Below, piece by piece: positions 29,593-38,139 of a stretch of 64,000 nucleotides of DNA. Numbering within the stretch: the first letter of the stretch is position 1; each line of letters starts with the position of its first letter. The translations under genes and the position numbers were made by a program. Source of the DNA: an uncultured Rhizobiaceae bacterium (GTDB taxonomy: Bacteria; Pseudomonadota; Alphaproteobacteria; Rhizobiales; Rhizobiaceae); the NCBI GenBank assembly GCA_964244725.1, contig CAXTJQ010000010.1:42695-106694 (forward strand), read 5' to 3'. The notes beneath the pieces were generated by a model. The model was not told the origin of the DNA. It saw only the letters and a program-made list of their open reading frames with translations, and ran no database searches.

Positions 29593-30612
29593 TCAGCCCG
29601 CTGCGCCGCGAACTTGCGAGATCATCGCCTCGACATGCTCGATCGGCGTTTCCGGCGTGATGCCGTGACCGAGATTGAACACCAGGGGGCCGTCCGAAAG
29701 CCCGCCAAGGATCGTATCGACGCCCTCGCGGAGCGCCTCTCCTCCCGCGACGAGCCGCATCGGATCGAGATTGCCCTGAACCGCGCCGCCCGCCTGCAGC
29801 CGTCTCGCCTGCGACAGCGGCACGCTCCAGTCGAGGCCGAGCGCGTCGACGCCCGTCTTGTCCCGGAACGTGTCGTAGAGAGAACCCGCGCCCTTGGGAA
29901 AACCGATGATGGGAACTGCCGGATGGGCGGCCTTGACCTTGGCCACCATGCGCGCGACCGGCGCGACGCAGTACGCCTCGAAGGACCGCTCGTCGAGCAC
30001 GCCCGACCAGGAATCGAAGATCTGGACGGCGTCCGCGCCGGCTTCGATCTGACGGATCAGATAGCCGGCCGACTGGTCCGCGAGGATGCCGAGAAGCCGC
30101 TCCATCGCCTCGGGATGGCGATAGGCGAACAGCCGTCCCGGCGCCTGGTCGGGCGTGCCGTGGCCAGCGATCATATAGGTGGCGACGGTCCACGGCGCGC
30201 CGCAGAAGCCGATCAGCGCAGTCTCCGCCGGTAATTCCCGACGCAAACGGCGCACAGTCTCGTAGACCGGAGCCAGATGGCCATGGAACCCCCGCACTTC
30301 GATCCGGTCGATTTCCTCCGCCGAGATCGGCGTCATCAGCGGCCCGCGCCCCTCCTCGAAGCGCAGGTCGCGGCCGAGCGCGTGCGGGACCACGAGTATG
30401 TCGGAAAACAGGATCGAGGCGTCGAAACCGAAGCGGCGGATCGGCTGAAGCGTGACTTCGACCGCGAGATCGGGATTGTAGCAGAGGTCGAGGAAACTGC
30501 CCGCCTGCCTGCGCGTCTCCCGGTATTCGGGAAGATACCGTCCGGCCTGCCGCATCATCCAGATCGGCGGCGGGAAGACCGTCTCCCCGGACAGCACTTC
30601 GAGGAAGCGCAT
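29593..30612 (-). CDS. hemE: Uroporphyrinogen decarboxylase
   Basis: [38 protein letters not shown] and VFNLGHGI. Confidence 0.97.
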   Translation of the reverse strand: MRFLEVLSGETVFPPPIWMMRQAGRYLPEYRETRRQAGSFLDLCYNPDLAVEVTLQPIRRFGFDASILFSDILVVPHALGRDLRFEEGRGPLMTPISAEEIDRIEVRGFHGHLAPVYETVRRLRRELPAETALIGFCGAPWTVATYMIAGHGTPDQAPGRLFAYRHPEAMERLLGILADQSAGYLIRQIEAGADAVQIFDSWSGVLDERSFEAYCVAPVARMVAKVKAAHPAVPIIGFPKGAGSLYDTFRDKTGVDALGLDWSVPLSQARRLQAGGAVQGNLDPMRLVAGGEALREGVDTILGGLSDGPLVFNLGHGITPETPIEHVEAMISQVRGAAG

Positions 30613-30812
30613 CAGGCGGCCGGGGACGTTGCTTGCCGCAACGGCGGCCGCTCGACTTCACGCAGCGGGAACGCCCGCCGTGGCTTCTCCGGAAGTCGGG
30701 CGCGGGAATGGCGGGATACGGCGTCCGCACGTCCCGTCGAGGTCTGCGGCCGGCCCCGGAGCGCCCACCCGCTCCGTCGAATTGCTGCGCTTCCGGACCG
30801 GCCGAGCGTCAT

Positions 30813-31262
30813 TCAGTTCGTCGCCGCCGCCTGGGCGAAAAGTTCCTCGTAATGCTTCTTGGCCTTGGGCTGCGGAATCTTCGTCAACGCAGCCTTGACC
30901 TCATCGAGGTTGACGGGCTTGCCCGCCACGACGACCGCGACCATGCCCATCGGCAGATGCGGCAGGCATTTGACCCCGTAGACGCCCTCGACATCGATCG
31001 TCATGGTGACGGGCTTGCCGGCCTTGCCCTTGAACTCCTTGCCGCCTTTCGGGAGCATGCCGGGCGTCGTTTCGGCAAGATGACCCGCGTCGGTTGGCAC
31101 GAAGGTGACGGTGTCGCCGACCTGCGCGGTGATGAAATCGGGTTCGAACACCATCGCGCCCTTCGCGCCCTTGTTCAGCATCTTGACCTCGTGGTCGGCC
31201 GCCAACGCGCCGTTCAGCATGAATGCGGTCAAGGCCGCGGCAACCATGGTTTGCTTTATCAC
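30813..31262 (-). CDS. Pseudoazurin (type-1 blue copper protein) with signal peptide
   Basis: GTG start behind a GAGGAGG RBS; mature N-terminus ADHEVKMLNKG..MVFEP; Cu ligands GH and C-LPH-LP-MGM. Confidence 0.9.
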   Translation of the reverse strand: MIKQTMVAAALTAFMLNGALAADHEVKMLNKGAKGAMVFEPDFITAQVGDTVTFVPTDAGHLAETTPGMLPKGGKEFKGKAGKPVTMTIDVEGVYGVKCLPHLPMGMVAVVVAGKPVNLDEVKAALTKIPQPKAKKHYEELFAQAAATN

Positions 31263-31428
31263 TTTCAGTTTCCTCCTCAGGGTTCTCGAAGGTTCACATG
31301 CCGGCTCGCTTACCGTGCGCTTGCACATGGTTCGCCGTCGAAGCGGAGAGGTAGCGCAGCAGGGGCCAATGTTCAACTCATTCCAAGAGCGCGATAAGGG
31401 GGACCGCCGGCGGCGCTTCCCGAAACGC

Positions 31429-31472
31429 TTGCCGACCAGGTTGACATGTCGTGGTGTAAAATGCCGGATGCG
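31429..31472. promoter_or_regulatory. Degenerate tandem PpsR-like site upstream of bchI
   Basis: Inner half-sites TTGACA (31441-31446) and TGTAAA (31455-31460) are 8 bp apart, as in the clear tandem boxes; the outer halves do not match. Confidence 0.4.
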
Positions 31473-31475
31473 CGC

Positions 31476-32501
31476 ATGAGTTCGAACTATCCGTTTTCGG
31501 CGATTGTCGGCCAGGAGGAGATGAAGCGCGCCTTGCTGCTGGCGGCGATCGATCCGACGATCGGGGGCATCCTCGTCTTCGGCGACCGCGGCACCGGAAA
31601 GTCGACCGCGGTGCGCGGCCTTGCCGGCCTGCTCCCGTCGATGACGGTGGCCGGCGACTGCCGCTACAATTGCGACCCCGCCGATCCGTCGCGCTATTGC
31701 GGCCGCTGCCGCGAGCAGGCGGCGGCCGGCGCGCTCAGGCGCCGCCAGATCGCGGTGCCTGTCATCGACCTGCCGCTCGGCGCGACGGAGGACCGGGTCG
31801 CGGGCGCGCTCGATCTGGAAAAGGCCCTCGTGTCCGGCGAGAAGGCCTTCGAGCCCGGCCTGCTCGCGGCCGCGCATCGCGGCTTCCTCTATATCGACGA
31901 GGTCAATCTGCTCGAGGATCACCTCGTCGACCTGTTGCTCGACGTCGCCGCTTCGGGGGTTAACATCGTCGAGCGCGAGGGCTTGAGCATCCGCCACGCG
32001 GCGCGCTTCGTGCTGATCGGCAGCGGCAATCCGGAGGAGGGGGAGTTGCGGCCGCAACTGCTCGACCGTTTCGGGCTTTCCGTCGACGTTGTTTCGCCCA
32101 GGGATGTCCCGTCCCGCGTCGAGGTCGTCAAGCGTCGCGACGCCTTCGATCGCGACCCCGCGCAATTCGCCGCAGGCTGGAAGCGCAAGGACGCGGCGCT
32201 GCGAACGAGGATCGGCAAGGCGCGCGGCTTGCTCGGCGCCATCGAGACGCCGGACGAGGTCCTCGAATTCGCCTCGACGCTCTGCCTGGCGCTCGGCGTC
32301 GACGGCCTGCGCGGCGAACTGACGCTGATCCGCACGGCCCGGGCGCTCGCCGCCCTCGATGGCAAGTCGCGGGTTGCCGCCGCAGACGTGCGTGCGATCG
32401 CCGTATCGGCCCTGAGGCATCGTCTGCGGCGCGATCCGCTCGACGAATCCGATTCCGGCAGTCGCGTCGAGCGGGCTCTGTCGGAAATGGCCGCCGCGTG
32501 A
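31476..32501 (+). CDS. bchI: Magnesium chelatase subunit I
   Basis: YPFSAIVGQEEMK, GDRGTGKST, LYIDEVNLL, GNPEEGELRPQLLDRFG and VDGLRGEL. Confidence 0.97.
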   Translation: MSSNYPFSAIVGQEEMKRALLLAAIDPTIGGILVFGDRGTGKSTAVRGLAGLLPSMTVAGDCRYNCDPADPSRYCGRCREQAAAGALRRRQIAVPVIDLPLGATEDRVAGALDLEKALVSGEKAFEPGLLAAAHRGFLYIDEVNLLEDHLVDLLLDVAASGVNIVEREGLSIRHAARFVLIGSGNPEEGELRPQLLDRFGLSVDVVSPRDVPSRVEVVKRRDAFDRDPAQFAAGWKRKDAALRTRIGKARGLLGAIETPDEVLEFASTLCLALGVDGLRGELTLIRTARALAALDGKSRVAAADVRAIAVSALRHRLRRDPLDESDSGSRVERALSEMAAA

Positions 32502-34264
32502 TCCAAACCCCGCCCGTCGAACTGCCGAGCCGCTGGGACGACGCCTTGCTCGCGGCCGCCTTGCTCGCGGTCGATCCCGATGGCCTCGCCGGCGTGCATG
32601 TGCGCGCCCGGGCGGGCGCGGTGCGCGACCGCTGGCTGGAGTGGGCCACAGCCCTCGTATCGCCGGATGCGCCGATCCGCCGCATCGCGGCCGGCATCCC
32701 GGAAGCGCGGTTGACGGGCGGCCTCGACATCGGCCAGACGCTTGAACATGGCCGGCCGGTCGTCGAGCGCGGCGTGCTGGCCGGCGCGGACGGCGGGCTG
32801 GTCGTGCTCGCGATGGCCGAGCGCGTCGAGATGTCGGCGGCGGCCGTTGTCGGCACGGCGCTCGACGATCGTTTCGTCAGGATCGAACGCGATGGGATTT
32901 CGACGCGGCAGCCGGCGCGGTTCGCGCTAATCGCGCTCGACGAGGGCATCGACGACGAAGGCCTTTCCGCGCCGCTCGCCGACAGGCTCGGGCTGCGCAT
33001 CGATCTGAATCCGATTGGCCTGCGCGCCACCGACGGCGGCGTGGATATCGCCGATGTCGGGCAGGCGAGGGCGCTTTTGCCCTCGGTGGCGATCTCCGAC
33101 GAGTTGATCGAGGCGCTATGCGCGGTAAGTCTCTCCGCAGGCGTCGCGTCCATGCGCGCGCCGCTTCACCTCGTGCGGGCCGCGCGGGCCGCCGCCGCGT
33201 TGCGCGGAAGTCGAACGGTTGGCGTGGAGGATGCGCGGACGGCGTTGCGCCTTGTCCTCGGCATGCAGGCGTCCGCGCCGCAGGACGCCCCAATGCCCGA
33301 AGAGAGTCGGCAAGACGAACAGCCGCCGCCCACCGAGGAGCCTGAACAGAATCAGGAGGCGTTGTCGGCGGACGCGCTGCAAGACATGCTCGTCGAGGCG
33401 GTGGAAGCCGTACTCCCCGAACATCTGCTCGCCGGCCTCGACACCGCCGCGCCACGGCGGCAACGGCGCGGAGAGGCCGGCAAGGCGGGCGCGATCCGCA
33501 ACAGGGCGCGGCGCGGGCGCGCCATCGGCACGAACGACAAGCCGCCGTTTCCCGGCGCGCGCCTCGACGTGCTCGCCACCCTGCGGCAGGCCGCGCCCTG
33601 GCAGCGTATTCGCGCGATGTCCGTCACCGCGCCGGGCACGGGCGGCCAGCGCCGCCTTCACATCCGCAAGAGCGATTTCCGCTATCTGCGGTTCCGGGAA
33701 AAGACCGGCACGACGGCCATCTTCGCGGTCGACGCCTCCGGATCGGCGGCGCTCGAACGGCTCGCCGAAACCAAGGGCGCGATCGAACTGATTCTGGCCG
33801 AGTGCTATGTGCGCCGCGATCAGGTCGCGCTGATCATCTTCCGGGGCTCGGCCTCCGAGACGTTGCTGGAGCCGACGCGTTCGCTGGTGCGCGCCAAGCG
33901 TAGCCTGTCGGCGCTTCCGGGCGGCGGCGGCACGCCGCTGGCGAGCGGGATTCTGGCGACCCTCGCCATGGCGATGCGTTCCGCCCGGGCCGGACAGAGC
34001 GTGGTGGCGGTCTTCCTCACCGACGGACGCGGCAATGTCGGTCTCGACGGCGGCACGATGAAGGCGCAGGTCGCCGCCGATACGGAGAAGGCGACGCGGA
34101 CGTTTCGGGCGGCGGGCGTGCGCGCGATCCTCATCGACACGGCGCAACGCCCTCATATGCGGGCCGAGACCCTGGCGCGCGATCTCGGCGCCGAATACCT
34201 CGCCTTGCCGAGAAGCGGCTCGCGGGCGGTGGCGCGCGAAATCGGCAGCCGCATGGAGGGCTGA
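32498..34264 (+). CDS. bchD: Magnesium chelatase subunit D
   Basis: Degenerate AAA N-terminus, acidic/Pro linker, vWA domain AVDASGS..RLAETKG and FLTDGRGN; GTGA overlap with bchI. Confidence 0.95.
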   Translation: MIQTPPVELPSRWDDALLAAALLAVDPDGLAGVHVRARAGAVRDRWLEWATALVSPDAPIRRIAAGIPEARLTGGLDIGQTLEHGRPVVERGVLAGADGGLVVLAMAERVEMSAAAVVGTALDDRFVRIERDGISTRQPARFALIALDEGIDDEGLSAPLADRLGLRIDLNPIGLRATDGGVDIADVGQARALLPSVAISDELIEALCAVSLSAGVASMRAPLHLVRAARAAAALRGSRTVGVEDARTALRLVLGMQASAPQDAPMPEESRQDEQPPPTEEPEQNQEALSADALQDMLVEAVEAVLPEHLLAGLDTAAPRRQRRGEAGKAGAIRNRARRGRAIGTNDKPPFPGARLDVLATLRQAAPWQRIRAMSVTAPGTGGQRRLHIRKSDFRYLRFREKTGTTAIFAVDASGSAALERLAETKGAIELILAECYVRRDQVALIIFRGSASETLLEPTRSLVRAKRSLSALPGGGGTPLASGILATLAMAMRSARAGQSVVAVFLTDGRGNVGLDGGTMKAQVAADTEKATRTFRAAGVRAILIDTAQRPHMRAETLARDLGAEYLALPRSGSRAVAREIGSRMEG

Positions 34265-34269
34265 AGGCG

Positions 34270-35193
34270 ATGGCGGGCGAGGCGGGCAGGCCGGTCTGGT
34301 CGGTCGAGGGTCGGGACTGGCCGAACCGCGAGCATAGCCGCTTCGTTTCGGCCGGCGGCCTTTTCTGGCATGTGCAGGAGATGGGCTCGGGTCCGAAGCT
34401 TCTGCTCCTGCACGGAACGGGCGCCGCGACCCACTCCTTCCGCGATCTCGCGCCGCTTCTGGCCGGCGATTTCCGTCTGCTCGCGCCGGACCTCCCCGGC
34501 CACGGCTTCACGGCCATGCCGGGAAGCAGCGGCCTTTCGTTGCCCGGCATGGCGCGGCTCGTCGGCGGGCTGCTGCGCGAGACCGATTTCGCCCCCGACA
34601 TCGCCGTCGGGCATTCGGCCGGCGCGGCGGTCCTGGTCGAACTCGCGCTCGCCGGCGCGATCTCTCCCAAGATGATCGTGGCGATCAACGGCGCGCTGCT
34701 GCCGATACGCGGCGCTTCATTGTTCTCGCCGTTGGCCAAGCTCCTGTTCCTCAACCCGCTCGCGCCAAAACTGTTTGCCTGGCGGGCGCTCAGCCACGAC
34801 GCGACCAAACGGTTGATCGAAGGCACCGGGTCCGCCATCGACCCGCGCGGCCTGGACCTGTACCAGCGTCTTTTCCGCAAGCCCGGCCACGTCGCGGGCA
34901 CGCTCGGCATGATGGCCAACTGGGACCTCGACGGCCTTCAGCGCAGGATCGGGACGCTCTCCTGCCCGCTCGTCTTAATGACCGGCGCCGGCGACAAGGC
35001 GGTCGCGCCCGGCGATGCGCGCATGGTTTGCGCGAAGGTGAAAACGTCGCGGGTCGTCGCGTTGCCCTACGGCGGCCATCTCGTCCATGAGGAAGAGCCG
35101 GCCCGCCTCGCGGCGCTCGTCACGGGCTTCGCGCAGGACGCCGGCGTCTTTCCGGTCGGCGAAACAGAGCGTTTGTCAAAACCAATTGACTGA
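34270..35193 (+). CDS. bchO: BchO alpha/beta hydrolase
   Basis: DWPNREHSRFV..WHVQ, LLHGTGAATHS and GHSAGAA; canonical position after bchD. Confidence 0.93.
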   Translation: MAGEAGRPVWSVEGRDWPNREHSRFVSAGGLFWHVQEMGSGPKLLLLHGTGAATHSFRDLAPLLAGDFRLLAPDLPGHGFTAMPGSSGLSLPGMARLVGGLLRETDFAPDIAVGHSAGAAVLVELALAGAISPKMIVAINGALLPIRGASLFSPLAKLLFLNPLAPKLFAWRALSHDATKRLIEGTGSAIDPRGLDLYQRLFRKPGHVAGTLGMMANWDLDGLQRRIGTLSCPLVLMTGAGDKAVAPGDARMVCAKVKTSRVVALPYGGHLVHEEEPARLAALVTGFAQDAGVFPVGETERLSKPID

Positions 35194-35216
35194 AATACTG
35201 TCGCGCCATGTTGACG
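35174..35216. promoter_or_regulatory. Tandem near-consensus PpsR boxes at the bchO/crtI junction
   Basis: TGTCAAAACCAATTGACT (35174-35191) and TGTCGCGCCATGTTGACG (35199-35216) each have one mismatch in the ACA half; 7-bp gap. Confidence 0.65.
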
Positions 35217-36743
35217 GTCACCGATCGCAAGCTGCCCGCGGGGCAGCATATTCCGACAAGGCCGCACGCCCTCGTCATCGGCAGCGGCTTCGGCGGCCTG
35301 GCCGCCGCGATACGGCTCGGCGCGCGCGGCTACCGCGTCACGGTCCTCGAAGCGTTGCCCTATGCCGGAGGGCGCGCCGGCGTCTTGCGGCGGGACGGCT
35401 TCACTTTCGATCGCGGCCCCACGATCGTGACCGCGCCGTTCCTGTTCGACGATTTGTGGACGCTTTGCGGCAAACGGCGCGCCGATCATGTCGAGCTCGC
35501 GCCGATGAACCCGTTCTACCGCATCCGCTTCGACGACGGCGACGAGATCGCCTGCTCGAACGACGACGAGGCAATGCGGCGCGAGGTTGCGCGTATATCT
35601 CCCGACGATCTTCCCGGCTACGAACGATTCCTGCTCAAGGCGCGGGAGATCTGCCGCATCGGCTTCGAGCAGCTCGGCGACCAGCCCTTCGGATCGCCGC
35701 TGGACATGCTGAAGATCGCGCCCGACCTGCTGCGGCTCGAAGGCTACCGCAGCGTCCACGGCCTCGTGTCGCGCTTCGTCAAGAGCCCGAAGCTGCGCGT
35801 CATGCTGAGTTTCCATCCGCTGCTGATCGGCGGCAATCCCTTCCGCGCACCCGCTATCTACTGTCTCATCCCCGATCTCGAACGGCGCTGGGGCGTGCAT
35901 TATCCGATGGGCGGCGTCGGCAAACTGGTCGCAGGCCTGGTCGACCTGATCGAAGGGCAGGGCGGCGCGGTGCGCACGAACGCCGATGTCGAGCGCATCC
36001 TGATCGAAAGGGGCCGCGCATGCGGCGTGGCCCTTGCGGACGGCGAGGTCCTGCGCGCCGACATCGTCGTCTCCAACGCGGACGCCGCCCGCACTTACGG
36101 CAAGCTGGTCGGCCGCGGCGAGAAGACCCGCTGGGGGCCGGCGCGGATCAGGCGCGCGCGCTACTCGATGGGGCTGTTCGTCTGGTATTTCGGGACGAAG
36201 AAACGCTACGACGCGGTCGGCCACCACACGATCCTGCTCGGGCCGCGCTACCGCGCGTTGCTGCACGATATTTTCGAACGGAAGCTGCTCTCGCAGGATT
36301 TCTCAATCTATCTCCATCGGCCCTCGGCGACCGATCCCGGCGTCGCCCCGCCCGGCTGCGACGCCTTCTACGCGCTCTGCCCGGTGCCCAACCTCGATGG
36401 CGACACGGACTGGACCGTCGAGGGCGAACGCCGCCGGCAGGCGGTGATGCGGCGGCTCTCGGAGACGGTGCTGCCGGGACTGGAGCATGAGATCGTCACT
36501 TCGTCCTTCGTCACCCCGCTGCATTTCCGCGACGCGCTGCAATCCGAGAAGGGCGCCGGCTTCGGCTTCGAGCCGGTGCTGACCCAGAGCGCCTGGTTTC
36601 GACCGCACAACAGGAGCGAGACCATCGAAGGGCTCTATCTCGTCGGCGCGGGTACGCATCCCGGCGCCGGCCTGCCGGGCGTTCTCTCTTCGGCGAAAAT
36701 TCTCGACAAGGTCGTTCCGCATGCCTCCGCATTCGCGTCCTGA
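35208..36743 (+). CDS. crtI: Phytoene desaturase
   Basis: VIGSGFGGLAAA, FTFDRGPTI, LLIGGNPF, WGVHYPMGG and GAGTHPGAGLPGV. Confidence 0.96.
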   Translation: MLTVTDRKLPAGQHIPTRPHALVIGSGFGGLAAAIRLGARGYRVTVLEALPYAGGRAGVLRRDGFTFDRGPTIVTAPFLFDDLWTLCGKRRADHVELAPMNPFYRIRFDDGDEIACSNDDEAMRREVARISPDDLPGYERFLLKAREICRIGFEQLGDQPFGSPLDMLKIAPDLLRLEGYRSVHGLVSRFVKSPKLRVMLSFHPLLIGGNPFRAPAIYCLIPDLERRWGVHYPMGGVGKLVAGLVDLIEGQGGAVRTNADVERILIERGRACGVALADGEVLRADIVVSNADAARTYGKLVGRGEKTRWGPARIRRARYSMGLFVWYFGTKKRYDAVGHHTILLGPRYRALLHDIFERKLLSQDFSIYLHRPSATDPGVAPPGCDAFYALCPVPNLDGDTDWTVEGERRRQAVMRRLSETVLPGLEHEIVTSSFVTPLHFRDALQSEKGAGFGFEPVLTQSAWFRPHNRSETIEGLYLVGAGTHPGAGLPGVLSSAKILDKVVPHASAFAS

Positions 36744-37830
36744 ATCGTTTTCCACGCCAGCCAATTGCGCCGCCTGCCGGCGGTCGATCCGCCAGGGATC
36801 GCAATCCTTCTACCTGGCCTCGCTGCTGCTTCCGGTGGCGATCCGCGAGCCGGCCTATGCCGTCTACGCCTTCTGCCGCATGGCCGACGATCTGATCGAC
36901 CGCGACGAGGGCGGTGCGCAGGCCATCCGCGACCTCGGTTTCATGCTCGACCGCGTTTACGCCGGAGAGCCGGACCGGAACTTCGTCGAGCGCGGCTTTG
37001 CCGACGTGGTCGAGCGCTTCGCCATCCCGCGCGCCGTCCCCGACGCGCTGATCGAGGGGCTGGCCTGGGACGCGGCGGGAAAACGATACCGATCTCTCGA
37101 CGACCTGAAGGCCTACGCGGTGCGCGTGGCCGGCACGGTCGGCTTCATGATGACGCTGGTGATGGGCCGTCGCGAGCCGCATGTCCTCGCCCGCGCCTGC
37201 GATCTCGGCGTGGCGATGCAACTCACCAACATCGCGCGCGACATCGGCGAGGACGCCAGGAACGGACGTCTCTACATCCCGCTCGACTGGCTGGCGGATG
37301 CCGGCCTCGACGCCGAAGCCTGGATCGCCGCGCCGGACTATTGCGACCATATCCGATCTTTCGTCGGTCGACTTCTGGCCGAAGCCGAAATCCTCTATAC
37401 GCGTTCGCAATCCGGCATTGCCGCGCTGCCCTCCGGCTGCAGGCTCGGGATCAATGCGGCCCGCCTTCTCTATCGCGGGATAGGCCAGGAGGTCCTGCGC
37501 GGCGTCGATCCGGTCTCGACGCGCGCGGTCACCTCCAAACGGCGGAAGCTGCGCCTGCTGGCGGAAGCGCTGACTTCCCGTCCGCCCGAAGGCTCCGACC
37601 TTCTGGCGCAAGGCGTCGCGCAGGCCGATTTCCTGATCGACGCGGTCGCCCGTTCGCCCGCGCCGCGCGCGCCGCCGCCGGTCCCCGCCTGGTGGGACCT
37701 CAGGGCGCGCTCGGAACGGATGATCGAATTGCTGAACGGTTTCGAAGCCCGCCGCGCTACGACAGAAACCGGATGCGGGTCCGTCCGCATCTTCGCGCAG
37801 TCGCAGTCGTTCTCCGGAACCGATCCATGA
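36721..37830 (+). CDS. crtB: Phytoene synthase
   Basis: GSQSFYLAS, YAFCRMADD, YAVRVAGTVG and MQLTNIARDIGED; start uncertain (overlaps the crtI end). Confidence 0.94.
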   Translation: MPPHSRPESFSTPANCAACRRSIRQGSQSFYLASLLLPVAIREPAYAVYAFCRMADDLIDRDEGGAQAIRDLGFMLDRVYAGEPDRNFVERGFADVVERFAIPRAVPDALIEGLAWDAAGKRYRSLDDLKAYAVRVAGTVGFMMTLVMGRREPHVLARACDLGVAMQLTNIARDIGEDARNGRLYIPLDWLADAGLDAEAWIAAPDYCDHIRSFVGRLLAEAEILYTRSQSGIAALPSGCRLGINAARLLYRGIGQEVLRGVDPVSTRAVTSKRRKLRLLAEALTSRPPEGSDLLAQGVAQADFLIDAVARSPAPRAPPPVPAWWDLRARSERMIELLNGFEARRATTETGCGSVRIFAQSQSFSGTDP

Positions 37831-37985
37831 GTTCGGGCCTCATCATTTTCTTCGAGATATCGCTGGTGCTCGGTTTCGCGCTGTTTTTCGGCGTGCGCGA
37901 GATTTTCAACCTGCGCCGCTACGACCGCGAGCGCGCCGCCAGGAACAAAGCGCAAGCCGAACAGGCCGAGAAGCAGGCGCTGTGA
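37827..37985 (+). CDS. 52-aa single-pass membrane peptide, function unknown
   Basis: ATGA overlap with the crtB stop; MSSGLIIFFEISLVLGFALFFGV followed by a charged tail. Confidence 0.65.
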   Translation: MSSGLIIFFEISLVLGFALFFGVREIFNLRRYDRERAARNKAQAEQAEKQAL

Positions 37986-38007
37986 CTTCAGGGGCCGGTC
38001 GGCTCCG

Positions 38008-38112
38008 CGCCCCCTCCACCACTTAGCGGCGGAGGATCAACGGCGCCGTTTGCGCAACCTAAATCCTCCCCCGTTTACGGGGGAGGGGGACCACGAAGTG
38101 GTGGAGGGGGCG
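38008..38112. repeat. Palindromic REP/MITE-like element (left arm internally deleted)
   Basis: Terminal inverted repeats CGCCCCCTCCACCAC...GTGGTGGAGGGGGCG and inner hairpin CTCCCCCGT-T-TACGGGGGAG; same family as 44861-44992. Confidence 0.85.
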
Positions 38113-38139
38113 TAGACCTCAGCAGATTGCTTTGGGCAA

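Noticed and set aside
30757-30776. Hairpin CGGAGCG-N6-CGCTCCG between pseudoazurin and hemE as a terminator
   Set aside because: A 7-bp stem with no U-tract is unremarkable in GC-rich DNA.
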